A DNA stretch of 62,358 nt, filler included, from Choristocarpus tenellus KU-1152 (lineage: Eukaryota; Protista; Phaeophyceae): the NCBI GenBank assembly GCA_964200185.2. It is 11 parts of 11 records of this genome, joined end to end, with 100 filler letters (N's around TTAATTAATTAA, not from the genome) between each part and the next. Parts side by side here need not be neighbours in the genome. Positions count along the whole stretch, not along the records: positions 36,382 to 41,105 come from CAXNAD020013326.1; positions 41,206 to 44,318 come from CAXNAD020022233.1; positions 44,419 to 47,546 come from CAXNAD020022120.1; positions 47,647 to 53,188 come from CAXNAD020010467.1; 7 more parts are not named here. One strand, given 5' to 3'. The position numbers and the translations under genes were made by a program. This document shows positions 39,561-52,590 of the stretch, piece after piece; positions within the stretch are counted from its first letter, which is position 1; each line of letters starts with the position of its first letter. The notes beneath the pieces are model-generated. The model saw only the letters and a program-made list of their open reading frames with translations. It had not been told where the DNA came from and made no database searches.

Positions 39561-40597
39561 GGGCGTAGATCCAACCTGTGAGAACTTTCACTCCGCAAGA
39601 GTTTATTATTCGCGCACGAAACCTGATCTATCTCCCATAGACCAGGTCTTGTACAGTAGTGCATAAATTGGTGTTGAAAATTAAGGTTGACATGTGATGT
39701 ACTGAGTACATGATTGCAGAAGTAGGCAAGTCAGCAGCTAATGGTGCTCGCTGTCCCTCAAGGTCTATTCCTGTCCTTGGGTCTGTCTGGATCGTCATCA
39801 CCTTAGGTTATAGATTGCACAACATTATTTTCCTGAGTCATCTTTCACGGATTGACTGTGCCGTGTGGTGGTTACCTCCCCCCCTCTCTGACTGTGACGA
39901 CGACAGGAAGCGTGCGCCCAGCACTACCTGCGGGTGCGAAACTGGGTCGCATCCCACGCCACAATGGCCATCATCAAGGTCAGTGCTCGTTGCTGCTCGA
40001 GACGTACGCGAGAAGTGCATGTGCATGGATTGGGCAACAGATATCATGATGGTAGGGTTAAGGCTGTAGCTCCCGACCTAGAAGTCAGTATGCCCCGCTT
40101 CAACATTCGGTTTCTGCAGAAGATTTTTCTTCTTGCTCCGCTATCTCTTTCCACAGAAGACGCACGGAGTGGTGGTGGAGAAGGAACAACCGTCGATTTC
40201 AAAGCAGAAAATGATCGATTCTATGGCATCATGGTGTTAACTCGATAGATTGGTAGCATTAATCTGACGATGGAATGAATGGAGCTTAGCTTCGAGATTA
40301 ATTGCAGATTTTGTTGCTGTGTTTCCGAGCTGATCCAAAGCTGAATTGAAGAACTTTTTTCTGTATCACTAACTCCTTGTCAGCTGTTAGTGCACACTTT
40401 CCACGATGGGAGAGAAAGGCACACACACACACACATACAGTTCAGACAGTTTCTAATGGTGTATCAAACTTACAATGCTGAACATTAATCTGTCTCCGCC
40501 CACTACTTCCCATCAGAATAGTATCCTTGTCCTTCCCCCAAGATACCTTGCTCCTGCTCCACACCTAAACCAACCCTAGCCACCCCCTCCCCTTACC

Positions 40598-40716
40598 CCT
40601 TCACCAGACCATCCAATGGCGACTTGACCTTGGCCTTGATGTACATGGACAGTCTGAACTGGGAGACACGGTTGATATCGTAGGGCATGCTGCTCCAGGC
40701 ATGGTGAGCGCAAAAT
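40598..40716 (-). CDS. Isolated internal exon of an unknown gene
   Basis: Pyrimidine tract and CAG acceptor, open frame FCAHHAWSSMPYDINRVSQFRLSMYIKAKVKSPLDGLVK, strong GTAAGG donor. Confidence 0.4.
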
Positions 40717-41233
40717 CTGTAGTAAGTGGGTACAAGGGAAGGGAGGGAGGGAAAGGGAAGATGCGGATTAACTCTCCCGCTAGGCAGTATTTGTTGGTCC
40801 ACTATATACCAAGCAAGCGTCAGTTTGACTGGAATCATGTCACGGTACTTCAATTTTGGGTCAGCGTTAGGGTTAGTTTGAGACACTAGTGTAGTAGTGA
40901 AGCAACCCCCCCTGCCCTCCATGCCCTTCCATGCTTCTTTCCGACAAAGGAGAGTTAGATTTCTTGGCCTCATGGTTACAGGTCATTTTTTTCTTTTACT
41001 GGTGTAAGTATGACTGTTCTGTGATGACTGGTGCATGGCAACCACGCATCCATTCCGACCTGAAAATAGAGTAATAATAGGAAAAAAGGCTCTTTTTTTT
41101 TGGGGNNNNNNNNNNNNNNNNNNNNNNNNNNNNNNNNNNNNNNNNNNNNTTAATTAATTAANNNNNNNNNNNNNNNNNNNNNNNNNNNNNNNNNNNNNNN
41201 NNNNNTAACGAAGGTGCTCAAAACCGTCTCCTC

Positions 41234-41629
41234 TTAGTCCAAGAGACGGCGTGCGTAGGGTCCACTCTTATTGATAGTCTCTCCGGTAGAGCATTTTGGG
41301 AAGTGCTTTCCCTTCTTGGCCTTCTTCTTCAGTGTACCCTTCTTGAAGAAGCATTTACGGCAGTTTGTAATGCCTTTGCTACCGCAACCACTTCCAAGCA
41401 GAGGATCACCCTGCATCGATGTACACCTGTCGTCGCAGAAGAAGGTCTTCTTCCTCTTCGTCCCATCATTTTTTAGGAGGGGCTTCGTTTTGCACGCGGC
41501 GCCACACGTCTGTAGACCACGCTGCACTCTCGTCTCTACACTGGATTCTTGGAATGCACTGGCGCTGGAAACGGCCGCAAGTAGCGAGACAACCAGTAAG
41601 ACGATGCGCAGGATTCGCGGAGTCGACAT
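41234..41629 (-). CDS. Small secreted Lys/Cys-rich protein (131 aa, intronless)
   Basis: MSTPRILRIVLLVVSLLAAVSSASA signal peptide; RGLQ putative processing site; mature part with 8 Cys (CGAAC, FFCDDRC, GSGCGSKGITNCRKC, FPKC) and many Lys. Confidence 0.75.
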   Translation of the reverse strand: MSTPRILRIVLLVVSLLAAVSSASAFQESSVETRVQRGLQTCGAACKTKPLLKNDGTKRKKTFFCDDRCTSMQGDPLLGSGCGSKGITNCRKCFFKKGTLKKKAKKGKHFPKCSTGETINKSGPYARRLLD

Positions 41630-43599
41630 ATTGGCCTTGGTACTGCTTGCTCGTTCCAATAAGAGAATGATTGGGTGAGGAAGAGGTATGAGCAGTAGGG
41701 TGAAGTACTGAGGTTGTTTCAAATATGTATTTTTGATATCTTTCCCGAAATATATTTGATAAATTTGCCATCTGTAAGAATACCAAGAAATCGACATTTT
41801 AACACCCTTTATACGAGGATTCATAAGCGTCAAGTGTGAGGCCTTTCTGATTATTTTGATGGGGAAGAAAACCGAAATGCATAGACCTGTAATTATAGTG
41901 TGTATAGTATAGATTTTATACTTTACAGTATTTATCATTGCTTTTTCCAAAACAAAAACTGTCCTATCAAGAATCCGCAGTATAATGGAATGGTTCGTAG
42001 ATATTTCCGACGGCGATATTCCTTCTCTTGCCTTCTGACATTTCGTAGATGATATCGGGGAAATATCATCTCTATCTAATATCAGAAATTGTGTATGTGG
42101 GATCTGAATAGAACTTCAGATATATAACCATCTCACTTCATTGACAAATAGAAAACAATAACGACCGGACCCAAAAATAAGTAACCAAAACCAGATGGAA
42201 GAATGTTGAATATTGAAGAAGTCTATAGAATTGAAGTGGATAATACAATATTGTGAGTGGAAGAAGAGGAGAGAATATCCAAGGAAAAGAATAGTATAGA
42301 ATCTAAATGAAACGCAAGAAGTTTTTCAATATTCAGATTGTATGTATTATAGTTTACAGTAGTAGTGTTACAGCATTTTCTCCAGAACCTTACCTCCACA
42401 GGATGTATATAGATCTAATCCACAACCCTATAGACGACACTGATGCTCGTACAAGCCTTCCAGTATACTCCAACAGTTAAGGGGTCCAACACACGTCAGG
42501 TCAGCCGAACAGGGGTACTTCTCTCGATCGATAGCCAATGATTGGTGTCAGTTAATGTTTTGTTTTATCAATTTTCTTATTAAATACATCTGCAAACTGT
42601 TGCATACATACCCAAGTTACAGATATTACTCTGCAACTTCTAGCAAATCAAAGTTTCTCTTTTTAAGGCTCCCCATGCCTGTATTTGTATACTGCTCAAT
42701 TTGCTAGAACGCCGAGAGACAAACTCCCTCTATTCATGTGTAACAGTAGTAGTTGTGGGAGGTAGTTTACAGATGTTTTGTGCGAAAAAGTAAAAAAAGT
42801 ACGTCAAGAATAAAAACACCTAACAACTACTTGCCATCATTCTCAATGGAATATATTCAGGATCAACCCCACACCTACAAACGTTTTATCCACACCATGG
42901 GATTTGATCATATTGAGAAGCGGAGCAAAGAGAGAACAAATGGATCGAAGGCATTGTATTATTTTTGCCCTCAATCTTTTTTGGGTGTTGGGTTAGGTAC
43001 ATCATCACCACATTATTTACAATCAGAACAACTTAGTACAGAACAGTCGCTCTGCGTTCCACACAAATAGTATAGTATAGTATACGTCACTTTAGTCGCA
43101 TCACATATTGGTTCAATTTTGTTCTTGTTGTTCTGTTGTTTGTTTTTCTTTCACTCTTTTACTAGCAGAAGATGACAGCTGTGTACATTGATGGTTGGTT
43201 AGTATTTCTTTCGTGACTGCCATTGATCCCTCAAATTGCATCAACGCCACTCTGCAAACCGTGTATCAAACACACGCATGGATGTAGTATAATCACAGTT
43301 AAACAATCCGCGGAAACCCTTGCCAGTCAAGGTAACAAGCCTCTCCACAGAGCATGGACTTCTTTCGTTGAGTATCACATGAAAGAACACTGGATTCACA
43401 TTATATCATTCTGGATTGAGCAACCAAGAATACTGAATTCACATCTTATCGTTCTTGACTGAGGGATCAATGACCTCAGTTACAACAGAATAAATACATC
43501 GGTGCTTTGCTGCACAATCACACCTATCCATAACATGGACTACGCACATCACTCGTCGGTGCTTTGCAACAGCATGATTCCTCATCGCTAGTAGTCTAC

Positions 43600-43870
43600 G
43601 CATTTTGCTTACATGTACGATGCATTCGATTCAAGTTTCAACATAGGCCTCTTCTCTATGAAACACTGCCAACACGGGGCTTTTGCGGGATCACTGGTGG
43701 CCACTCTCCCCACCCTCCTAGCAAGGAAGGCAAGGGCCTCATGGCGAGTCCTTCTCACAAGCTGTTTGCGCGAGGACCACAGTACAGGCTTTAGGATCGT
43801 CCATTCACACCCTCCTTTCTACAGGTATCCCCTCAGAACGTGCCGAAATCATTGGCCAAGACTGGGTAAC
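43600..43870 (+). pseudogene. Degenerate RNase H of a retroelement
   Basis: FDSSFNIG...KARASWRVL and frameshifted TGIP..ERA.SLAKTG resemble the HVxxHxGxxxNExADxLAK motif. Confidence 0.35.
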
Positions 43871-44519
43871 CTGAGGGGGAACAAGATCCCCCGCACCTGC
43901 CCCGGAGGTCCACATCCTGGCAGCTCATGACGCCAGGATCACAAGTAGGGCTCAACATGAGATCAAACGCCTCCTGAACAGGATCCGTTTCTACTCCTTT
44001 CGGACACGGCTAGCCGGTCTACCAAGTGAAGTGTTCGTAGATAGTGCTGCTGATACACTCTAGACACCATCGGTGGAGTAGGTTAGGAAATGCAGACACG
44101 ACTGGTGGAGTAATGGAGGAAAGGTAGAGCCAGTTTTTTGTTTGCGTCGGTGCCCGCTGAGATCTACACAACGTTCATGTATGGTAGTTCATGTATGGAA
44201 GGGACCTGATATTGGATCATCAGTTGATATATCATATACGGCACGTATGATAAGTAGATATGATTATTTTCTGATTATCCATGTGGACGTTGCAAATCCC
44301 ACACATGCTAGTCTGCACNNNNNNNNNNNNNNNNNNNNNNNNNNNNNNNNNNNNNNNNNNNNTTAATTAATTAANNNNNNNNNNNNNNNNNNNNNNNNNN
44401 NNNNNNNNNNNNNNNNNNCTCATAGTCCCGCTCCATCCTCAATTTTGAGAATTGGCTGTTGTATCCCTTGAAAGCTTAGTATCCGAATGATAATACTGAA
44501 GTACCTGAAGCTCCATTAT

Positions 44520-44990
44520 ACGGTTGTATGACATAGGCACGTTGTCATGTCCATCAATATGAAGCTTTGCTCCGATTGCCACCATTCCTCCTACTTCAAT
44601 GCACATTACATCGGATTTTGGAAACAGGAACAACAAATCGTTCAAAAAATATCCTATAAAGATGTCCTTGTGAAAACTGGGTGTGAGAGTATCGAGACGA
44701 CTGTACGAAAATGGAGACTCCAATTCCTAAGGTCCACTGTAGGCATGAGGGATGAGCGACCTCCCAAGGTGTTGATGATTAGGGAGCTAGCATATGGAAA
44801 ACGAAAGCATGTCGAGAGGAAAACTGTTGGGTGGATGTGCCTGCAAGACGACCTGAAGAAGTTTGGAATGACAAACGAGGGATGAAGCACAAGGGCAAAA
44901 AAATCAACACAAGACAGTACAAGTACGTGGTTGCTGGCACCACAAGCTTCATGGCAGGGTGACATTCCAAGGAATGTGTGATAGATACCT
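44520..44990 (+). mobile_element. 3' fragment of an RTE-type LINE (post-RT region), degenerate
   Basis: ISYKDVLVKTGCESIETTVRKWRLQF...MRDERPPKVLMIRELAYGKRK...WMCLQDDLKKFGM is typical of RTE-clade C-termini. Confidence 0.75.
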
Positions 44991-44993
44991 GAT

Positions 44994-45256
44994 GAGTCAA
45001 ACCAACTGAGAGGTAGGCAGGGTTGCATTCTAAGAATCTCAAAAGAAAGGGCATAAAGGTACCATTTTGTACAATTGCAAAAAGATCATTTGCTGAATTG
45101 TCGTGTCACTTTGTCTGTGCAAAGGGAGAATATCAATTTGCGTACACCATTATTGTGCACACAACTCATTTAAATAAAGTGTTTTGTACAGGGTTAGAAA
45201 TATGATTTGGAATGCAAAAGGGTCCAAACCTGCCTACCCCTCAATCGGTTTGACTC
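44994..45256. mobile_element. MITE family C (263 bp)
   Basis: TIRs GAGTCAAACCAACTGAGAGGTAGGCAGG ... CCTGCCTACCCCTCAATCGGTTTGACTC; flanks TGAT/CGAT; related fragments at 52386-52590. Confidence 0.75.
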
Positions 45257-47763
45257 CGATGTCAGGCTACACTAAAGCAGCAGCTAAGGCAGCACGAACA
45301 ACAACACAGTCATCACTGCTTCCCATCATCTCCTGAACACTGTTTTGGCTCATATTTTCCTAGAGAAGGGTTCAGGCGTCCATTCTGGGCGTGTGTGATG
45401 TTTTAGTGATTTCATGTCATATTAGTGAATGTGTCAGGGGTAAGGACAACTCCTTCATCTGAACACACCTTCCTTTTCCACTCCCCTGCCTGGACCAAAT
45501 CCGGAGGAAATTCATCAGCAAAACGCGCATCATACTGGAGCATCTATCAACACCTCTTCAACCCCCGAATGGACCACTTAGTCTAAACATCCTCCCCTCC
45601 CACTCTAGGATGATATGGGCCTTTCCATACGACTGTATTTCTCTTTTGGGGTTTACTTTGCCAGATGTGACTAGTTTTGTGGTTTTTGCAACTGTTACAG
45701 TGTATTTATTACACCTTCTGTCCTTTCTTCCTCCACTCAATTTTTCCTTCTTCTCACTGCTATTTTTTTTCTGTCATAGTAGTTGGTACCTGTTATATTG
45801 CCGAAGGATTGGATGCCCAGATTCTAGCAAGGGGCCATTTTGCCTCGTCCGCCCCAGGTTCAAACAAGTTTATCGAAAAATTCTTAAAAGAATTCCAGGG
45901 ACCGACACATAGAAGAGAATGGTACACTAACAAAATAGTAATATTATTCTCCTCTCAAACGCATCCCTTCCTATGTATACATAGTATACCAAGTACTTGA
46001 TATAATTAGGTCGAGTATACGACATTACAACCAGGTCTAGCCGACGCCTACGTGTCTAATTTAGAGAGGTACCCCAATTCGTTCATATGCGCCTGGGCAA
46101 TGGATACTGGTTGTTTCTTCAACGTAACGCTTGCATTTTTTAGATTACGATAGGTTTAACATCATGCCCACTGACAGTTTGCACATAGATGTCATGGAGA
46201 GAACAAGAACAAACGATAAGGAAAAGAATACCACAAAAACGACAACTGTGTCTGGGTATTGACAGAATAGGCCGTCCAATATACCAACGAGGAGATTTGT
46301 AGCGTATTTGAACACAACTAAACAAGGAACCTACTAAGACAAATTTTGTCGACCCTAGTCCTGAACTGGTGCTATGAAGGTGGTCTAGAAACAAGGGTCA
46401 TAAGAGTCCCACCAGTCTGTCAAGCCCTGCCTTGCCCACCGGCTCAGTGCCCTTAGTTTGAAATGCATGACACAACTGCATAGAGTTCGCCACTTGTGTT
46501 GTTCCACATAATCCATACTAAAATTACACATACAGATTCCATTGTTTGCCCATTATCCCCGCCAGAATCCCCCAACAACTACAGACAAACGGTTGTAGAG
46601 GTGGAGCAGTTCAACTATTACTTGACTGTACTAACTGACGCATTACATTGGGGCCCTGCACATTCAACCTTTCACTCGATTACCACTCCAAGAAGGCTGA
46701 ACCCATACATGGTCCCATCTAGTATATTGTTATTCTTTTTTATCCACTGAGGAGGTGCACAACACAGCTTTACACAACTATCGAATGCGGTCCAAAACAA
46801 GGTCTATTTCGTGGACAACCCTGCCGAACAATGGCATACAATAATACAGGCCAGCCTTGAATGGCTTTGAGGCAAAGTACACGACAGGTACCCATACTTT
46901 GACCATTTTGCATTTTTGTCTGCTTTCAATCTTTTGTAATTCATCCATATTTGTATGTATATTTATATGAATGAAGTGCTAAGTTTGACTTAGCAGGGCG
47001 TGTTTCTCTGTTATTTGAAACCTTTTCGACACAACTCAGAAAATATCCTGTACACATTGCTAAGAAAAGCCGAGCTTTCCACATATTTTTTTAGCATTCT
47101 TAAAATGGAACTCTGGGTACCTCTCCTTTTCAAATTGCTTGCTGGTTCCACCTTTGGTTGACGGCTTGAACCCATCATCCCTAATGGAGGGCGCATTCAT
47201 GATTGATATGAAGTAGCCAAAACCAGTAACATTTAACCCCAATGCATAACTAGGTTAAATGATAAAAGGTCGACAAGATCGAGGATTGGAGGAGCTAATC
47301 CTTGTCAGTAGTAAAACAACGAGCACATTGGTGAATTAGTCTGCTGCATTTGGACCAGTGGGTATGGGAAATATACAGCACTTCAGGCAGGGGCCAGGCT
47401 TCATCCTTGCCCAAGCCGAGTAAGAAATACAGGTACACCCCTTTTTTGTATAATGCGAATCACGATCAGCCAGATGTGGTCTCAAAATAATTTAATTCAA
47501 GACGTAGAGCGCGAAAACTCGAGAACGAACAAACCCCCTCCCCCTCNNNNNNNNNNNNNNNNNNNNNNNNNNNNNNNNNNNNNNNNNNNNTTAATTAATT
47601 AANNNNNNNNNNNNNNNNNNNNNNNNNNNNNNNNNNNNNNNNNNNNGTAGAAGGTACATACAGTATTCTCCTTCCTTATGGCGAGGCAGGAGATGCGCAT
47701 TAACACATAAACATCATTAAAAAAAGCACTCGTAATCGTTTCCATCCTATCCATGAAGGGTAT

Positions 47764-47985
47764 GATTGATTTCCCAGCCCACCACGATTAATCACTCGAT
47801 TCCACGATTGGTTTCCCAGGTCACCACGATTAATTACTCGTTCGACGATTGATTTCCCAGGAATGCCACGATCAATCAGTCGCTTCAACGATTGATTTCC
47901 CAGCTCACCACGATTAATTACTCGCTTCGACGATTGATTTCCCACGAATGCCACGATTGTTAGTCGATTCCACGGTTGATTTTCC
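47764..47985. repeat. Minisatellite, ~42 bp x5, made of ~21-bp CGATT subunits
   Basis: GATTGATTTCCCAG-x-CCACGATTAATYACTCG-x-CGAC repeated with 41-43 bp period. Confidence 0.9.
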
Positions 47986-48588
47986 GTTTTTGTACCAAGT
48001 GGTACCAAAACGATATTGCACCACATCAATTCTGTACCTCTTTTTTCCGGCATGCCCATGGGTGAACAAAATCGGGGCACCTACTGTAGTATTATTGACT
48101 GTAATACATAATTCCCGAAAATCATGTTGTGAATTTGGAATGAAATGTGTAGACCGTCCATCCGTCTGTCTGTCATTATATAGTTATCCCCCTCCGACAT
48201 TTTCCATATATATTACAAGAAAAGTCAATTCAATATCATAAGAACACCTCTATCACTATTATTGTTTATATTTTGAGATGATCATACATTCTTTACGAAT
48301 CAGTGAGAAAAATATACAACAATATTGAAGTATATGTAAACATAATAATAAAAATGTAACTTGAAACACAAAGATTGCATGTAGGGTTAGGGTTGCTGCT
48401 GTTTAGTGAACTTACACCATTGAACACGACCTTGCCTTGCATCTTTCTCTTCTCGACGTGTTGCCCAAGTCACTGCATGATAGATTACGTGGTTCTTCGG
48501 CGATAGGTGGGTACATCGTTGGCACGCAAGTCCCACCCAATCCAGTTTTCAAGTTGTCGTTCCAGCAACGACTATTCTTCACTTAAAG

Positions 48589-51059
48589 ATGGTGAGGAAC
48601 TCAATGCGGGTACGACGTCGAGTAGGTGGGATGAAGAGACTTGACGGTTGCGAAGTGGTGGGCTCGACCGAAACTGGCCGGATACACTGCAGGGCCAAAA
48701 CTTATCTATATGCAGCAGCCGCTATGGGATTGATATTGGGCTCTCTTCCCACCACGGGAGCTTTTGTTGTTCCTAGCGTCACACCTCCCCCTGGGTTGAG
48801 GAATGGTGCAATGGAGGTGAACGGAGTGCGACGGAGAACATACATGGCTGGTGTAAGTATGGTGAGTACTTGCACAATTGGTGAGGGAGACTTGGACTGA
48901 CTGATAATGGATTGTAAAGGAAATGAATGACCTTCCTCTGTGTTGCGTCTTGAAACATGAACATCTTATATATCTCAATTTTCTGGAAGTATAATTATAC
49001 GTTGAAGCTCGTTTTCCTTCTTGTCCGGTCCAGGTGGCAACAGGGCCGAAAGTTGAGGTAGACACGCCGCAAAGTGTAACAGTGACAACGGGACGGACGC
49101 CTGGACAGGAAGGGCCTCACTTGCCCTGGCGGCAGTCCGTGGCAGGACCAGAGCACCCTCTCAACTACATGCCTTTCATGGAGCACATGCTTAACGTGCT
49201 TGCCGAGTCGTTTGGTGAGATGACGGTGACTCCACTAGCAGATCGCCTGGCCTTCGCAGAGAACACTGACAAGAAAGCGCGGATACTCAGGTGATATATA
49301 TGCCGTGGCGATGATGTCAACATCATTTGCAACTTCATCTGTCAACATTTTTGGTTCGTGTTAAATACGTGATGTGGAGGAGGTTGGCAAGATAGAAACA
49401 GGAAAGAATCAAGTTGAGATGATGTGGAGTGAAGAACAGGAGCGGACTTATCTTACCTTATTTTCTTCTATCTTCTCAGTGATATGACTACGTTCTGGCA
49501 ATATCATATTTATCCCATTGCCTAGTACACGAGGCGATTCATTTGGTATTGGCGAATGGCTGTATCGTGTCACTACGTAGAATTCAGAGGAAACTTGTCC
49601 GAACTGATTTAGCGTTGGCAATGAGGTTACCTTCCCTTATATTCCATCTACCTTCTCCCCCCCTCACCTCATGTGGCGTACAGCATGACCTTTACTTGTC
49701 AAGAGATCCGGAAGGTGCGCCTTACATACTTCGATGGCGGGTCTAAAGTGCAGGTGCTTAATGCTGTGATATACCCAGATGTGTCACTGGACTTGCCTAT
49801 TCTGGGTATAGATCTGATCACATTTGGGAAGAAGCATCTTGCAGGGATGGATTTCCAGCCCTTGTTTGATGACGAGGCATACAGGAAAAGGTGTGGTGAA
49901 GATCTGATAATAATGTGTATGAAATGATGGTATGGTGATGATTTAAGAGCAGGAGAGGATGCAACCCTAGGGGTTGGTTGAGGGTGGCACAGTAGGTAGG
50001 TCTTGCCTTTCACATTGTTGGGTTGGACTCTGGAGGTGGTTTGTGTGAATTTGGAAGAAATGGGTTTCAGCATGTTTCTCACTCATCAACAAAGCTTCTA
50101 ATTATGACCTCGATTTTTTCGAAATTTGTGTAAGATGAAACATGCGGTGATGTCTGTTTAGTGTCTCTACTCATTGAATCAGTTCAGTCTCTTGTTTCTT
50201 TTTCCTGGGTTTTAAGTACTAAGTGTTGTGGAACACTCTTCACAGGATCTCCAACACACTGTCACCAGTCAAGGCTAAGTATCCGGAGTTTGCGCAAAAG
50301 ATGTCTTCACGTTTTTATGACAGTGCCCAGTTCTTTAGTGAGGAGATGCTTTTTGGCCGGTGAGTGCATGTGTGATGCTTTTTTTTTCTTGGTTTCGTTT
50401 CAAGAGTTTTTATAGGAGTGTAGCCCCCCAGAACGTATCTTTTTCCATGGACAGGTGATCATAATGAACTTCAACCTGCAAATATGTGTTGGATACTGCG
50501 TTGTTGGGCAATGACCCTTTTTATTTTTGCTGTGTCCTTCATTATGTTTAGCTTATTCTATCCTCTGGGTGATCAGTTCAAAAGTGTGAAAATCCAACCC
50601 TCAATGAACAGCTTCACCATCCTGCCCTGCTCATTTTGTGCTCAAAAGCAGTGTTTCAGTGACTCCTCAATTCTGATGTAATTCTCTTCCAGGTATGAGG
50701 ACTCATCTATCATTACAACAAGACTCCTTCCAGCTTTCAAGGAGTATTTGTCCCTGTATGTGGCAGAACTGAAAGAGGCGAATCGTGTAGGGGGTGACCC
50801 ATCCCAGGAGGGATGTGAACGAGTGCTAGACCGTCAACGTGCGTATGATCAGTACAATGCACAGCGAGATCCAGCCCATGGTCTTTTCGTAAACTATTTT
50901 GGGCAGGAGTGGTCTGATGCGTTTATGGATGACTTCTTGTTTGAGCTCAGCGTTAGGCCAGAGGGTGGATATCCCAAGATTGTTGGAAATCAGAGGGGTG
51001 GAGATGGAGGAGCACCAAAGCAGCAGGAGCGGAGAGAAGTAACCCCGCGACAAGAATAG
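48589..51059 (+). CDS. pebA: Ferredoxin-dependent bilin reductase, 15,16-dihydrobiliverdin:ferredoxin oxidoreductase (PebA)-like, plastid-targeted
   Basis: Exons 48589-48861, 49034-49290, 49684-49890, 50246-50359 and 50693-51059 splice in frame. Motifs IRKVRLTYFDGGSKVQVLNAVIYP...LPILGIDLITFG...MDFQPL, FYDSAQFFS, RQRAYDQYNAQRDPAHGLFVNYFGQEWSDAFMDDFLF; presequence ...LPTTGA-FVVP. Confidence 0.92.
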
Positions 51060-52385
51060 GATGATACGAATGTGCTGATTGTCTTGGATCATAGGAAAAA
51101 TGGAACTCTCTGTGGAGTGTGTACTGTTTGTGGATTCTGGAAAATGAGACACGTATGGCACAGAATGGGTGCAGCCACATCTTGGTTCACTCAAAAACGC
51201 GTGTATCACGAAGGCGTTTGGATGTGGTGCAGGTGTACACTCTACACTGTGGTTGTCATTTTGTAACCTTTGCACTTACAGCAGTGTCTGTTCTCATTGC
51301 CTTGCTTTGTAGTCTGGAAAGGAGGGTTGTCTTGCTTTCTGCATCTGTACGCGTGTTAAATATATAGAGTCAAATAGTCGCTTGCTTCCATGGCAATGTC
51401 TTTATTTTATATACAGGTATACTAATAGAAATCCCTTGTATGGTTTGCGAAAATTTAGCAGTACCTTCAGTCATGCTTTTATGTATGTTGATAATGAGAT
51501 AGTCCTGAAACATTCATCTGTCATTTGTTGGAATTATAAACTTGGATCCATTACAATTTCCAGCTGTGTATAGGGAAAGGGTGAGGTAAAGGTCTTTTAA
51601 TGGTCGTTTGCAATGTCTGCTTTTAGGATGCATCTTTCAGGAAGGAAGATTCCATTGTTAGAGAAGTGTAATGTGAGAGAGTCATAATCTTTTGCACCAA
51701 AATATCTCGAAACTTCATGTAGTGATAAATTCACCCAAGTGTTTTCTTCCAGTTGTCACCTACTTTCTCGCCTCCTTCTGGTGAGGTGCCTAACGGTGGA
51801 TGCATAGTCTTTGCCAACCATGCTCTGCATGATTGGCTTCATGCATTGCAGAGGCTGTGTAATCAACTGTCCACAATGGTCAGATATGCAAAGCATGCGT
51901 TTTCATTTCTTGGCATTTGTGTGTATCCCACATAAAATGGTTCCCTACTTGTATGCATTGTACATTCCAATGTTGTAAGTTCATTTTACCATATAGTACC
52001 CTCGCGGAAGATATCATTTATTGAAGCTTCAATGAGTCATTGGCTCTTGACTCACTAACCCAACCTTGATTGGTTACTGTATTGTAGTAGTTGTCCCACA
52101 TATGATCTTGTACGTATCTCGATAGAGGCGAAGGTGGCACCTATGGTCATTTTACACAACTAGAAATCTGTGTAAGACAAATCAGTATCCAAGAGAAATG
52201 AAATTCTACTGCAGTTGCCTAGTTGTACCTCTAGTATAAATTTATGAGTCCTCAGAGTGTCCTTCACTGCCGAAACTTTGTGTTTTGGATAAGTTCTTAT
52301 GTATGGTTGCTCTTTTAATGAACCCATTTATTTGTTGGTTAAAACGACTACAGAACTTGCAAAAGCTATGTACTAGTGATTATTT

Positions 52386-52590
52386 GGACTGAGAGTTAGG
52401 CAGGGTTGCATTTTAAGGAAACGAACTAGTAATTGCTTACAGCACAGAAGGGTCCGGACCTACCCACCTCTCAATTGGTTCTACTCAGCATGAGGAGCCT
52501 ATTATTGTGCACATGAAGCAATGAACTTGAAATACAAAAGGGTACGGACCTACCCACCTCATGAATAATTCGACTCAGCATTAGGAGCCT
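52386..52590. mobile_element. Rearranged MITE family C fragments with duplicated right end
   Basis: GAGAGTTAGGCAGGGTTGCATTTTAAG matches the left part of C; AAGGGT(C/A)CGGACCTACCCACCTC...ACTCAGCAT(G/T)AGGAGCCT occurs twice. Confidence 0.6.

Noticed and set aside
41630-41950. N-terminal 107 aa of the 238-aa ORF
   Set aside because: Non-ATG start and AT-rich non-coding character; the signal peptide begins at the ATG at 41629
47700-48080. ORF with 14-aa GNQS/RVINRG repeats
   Set aside because: Translation of a minisatellite whose 41-43 bp units do not individually preserve frame
9529-51059. Functional cluster of the two plastid genes (SDR and pebA-like)
   Set aside because: About 35 kb apart and separated by several artificial linkers; no evidence of linkage
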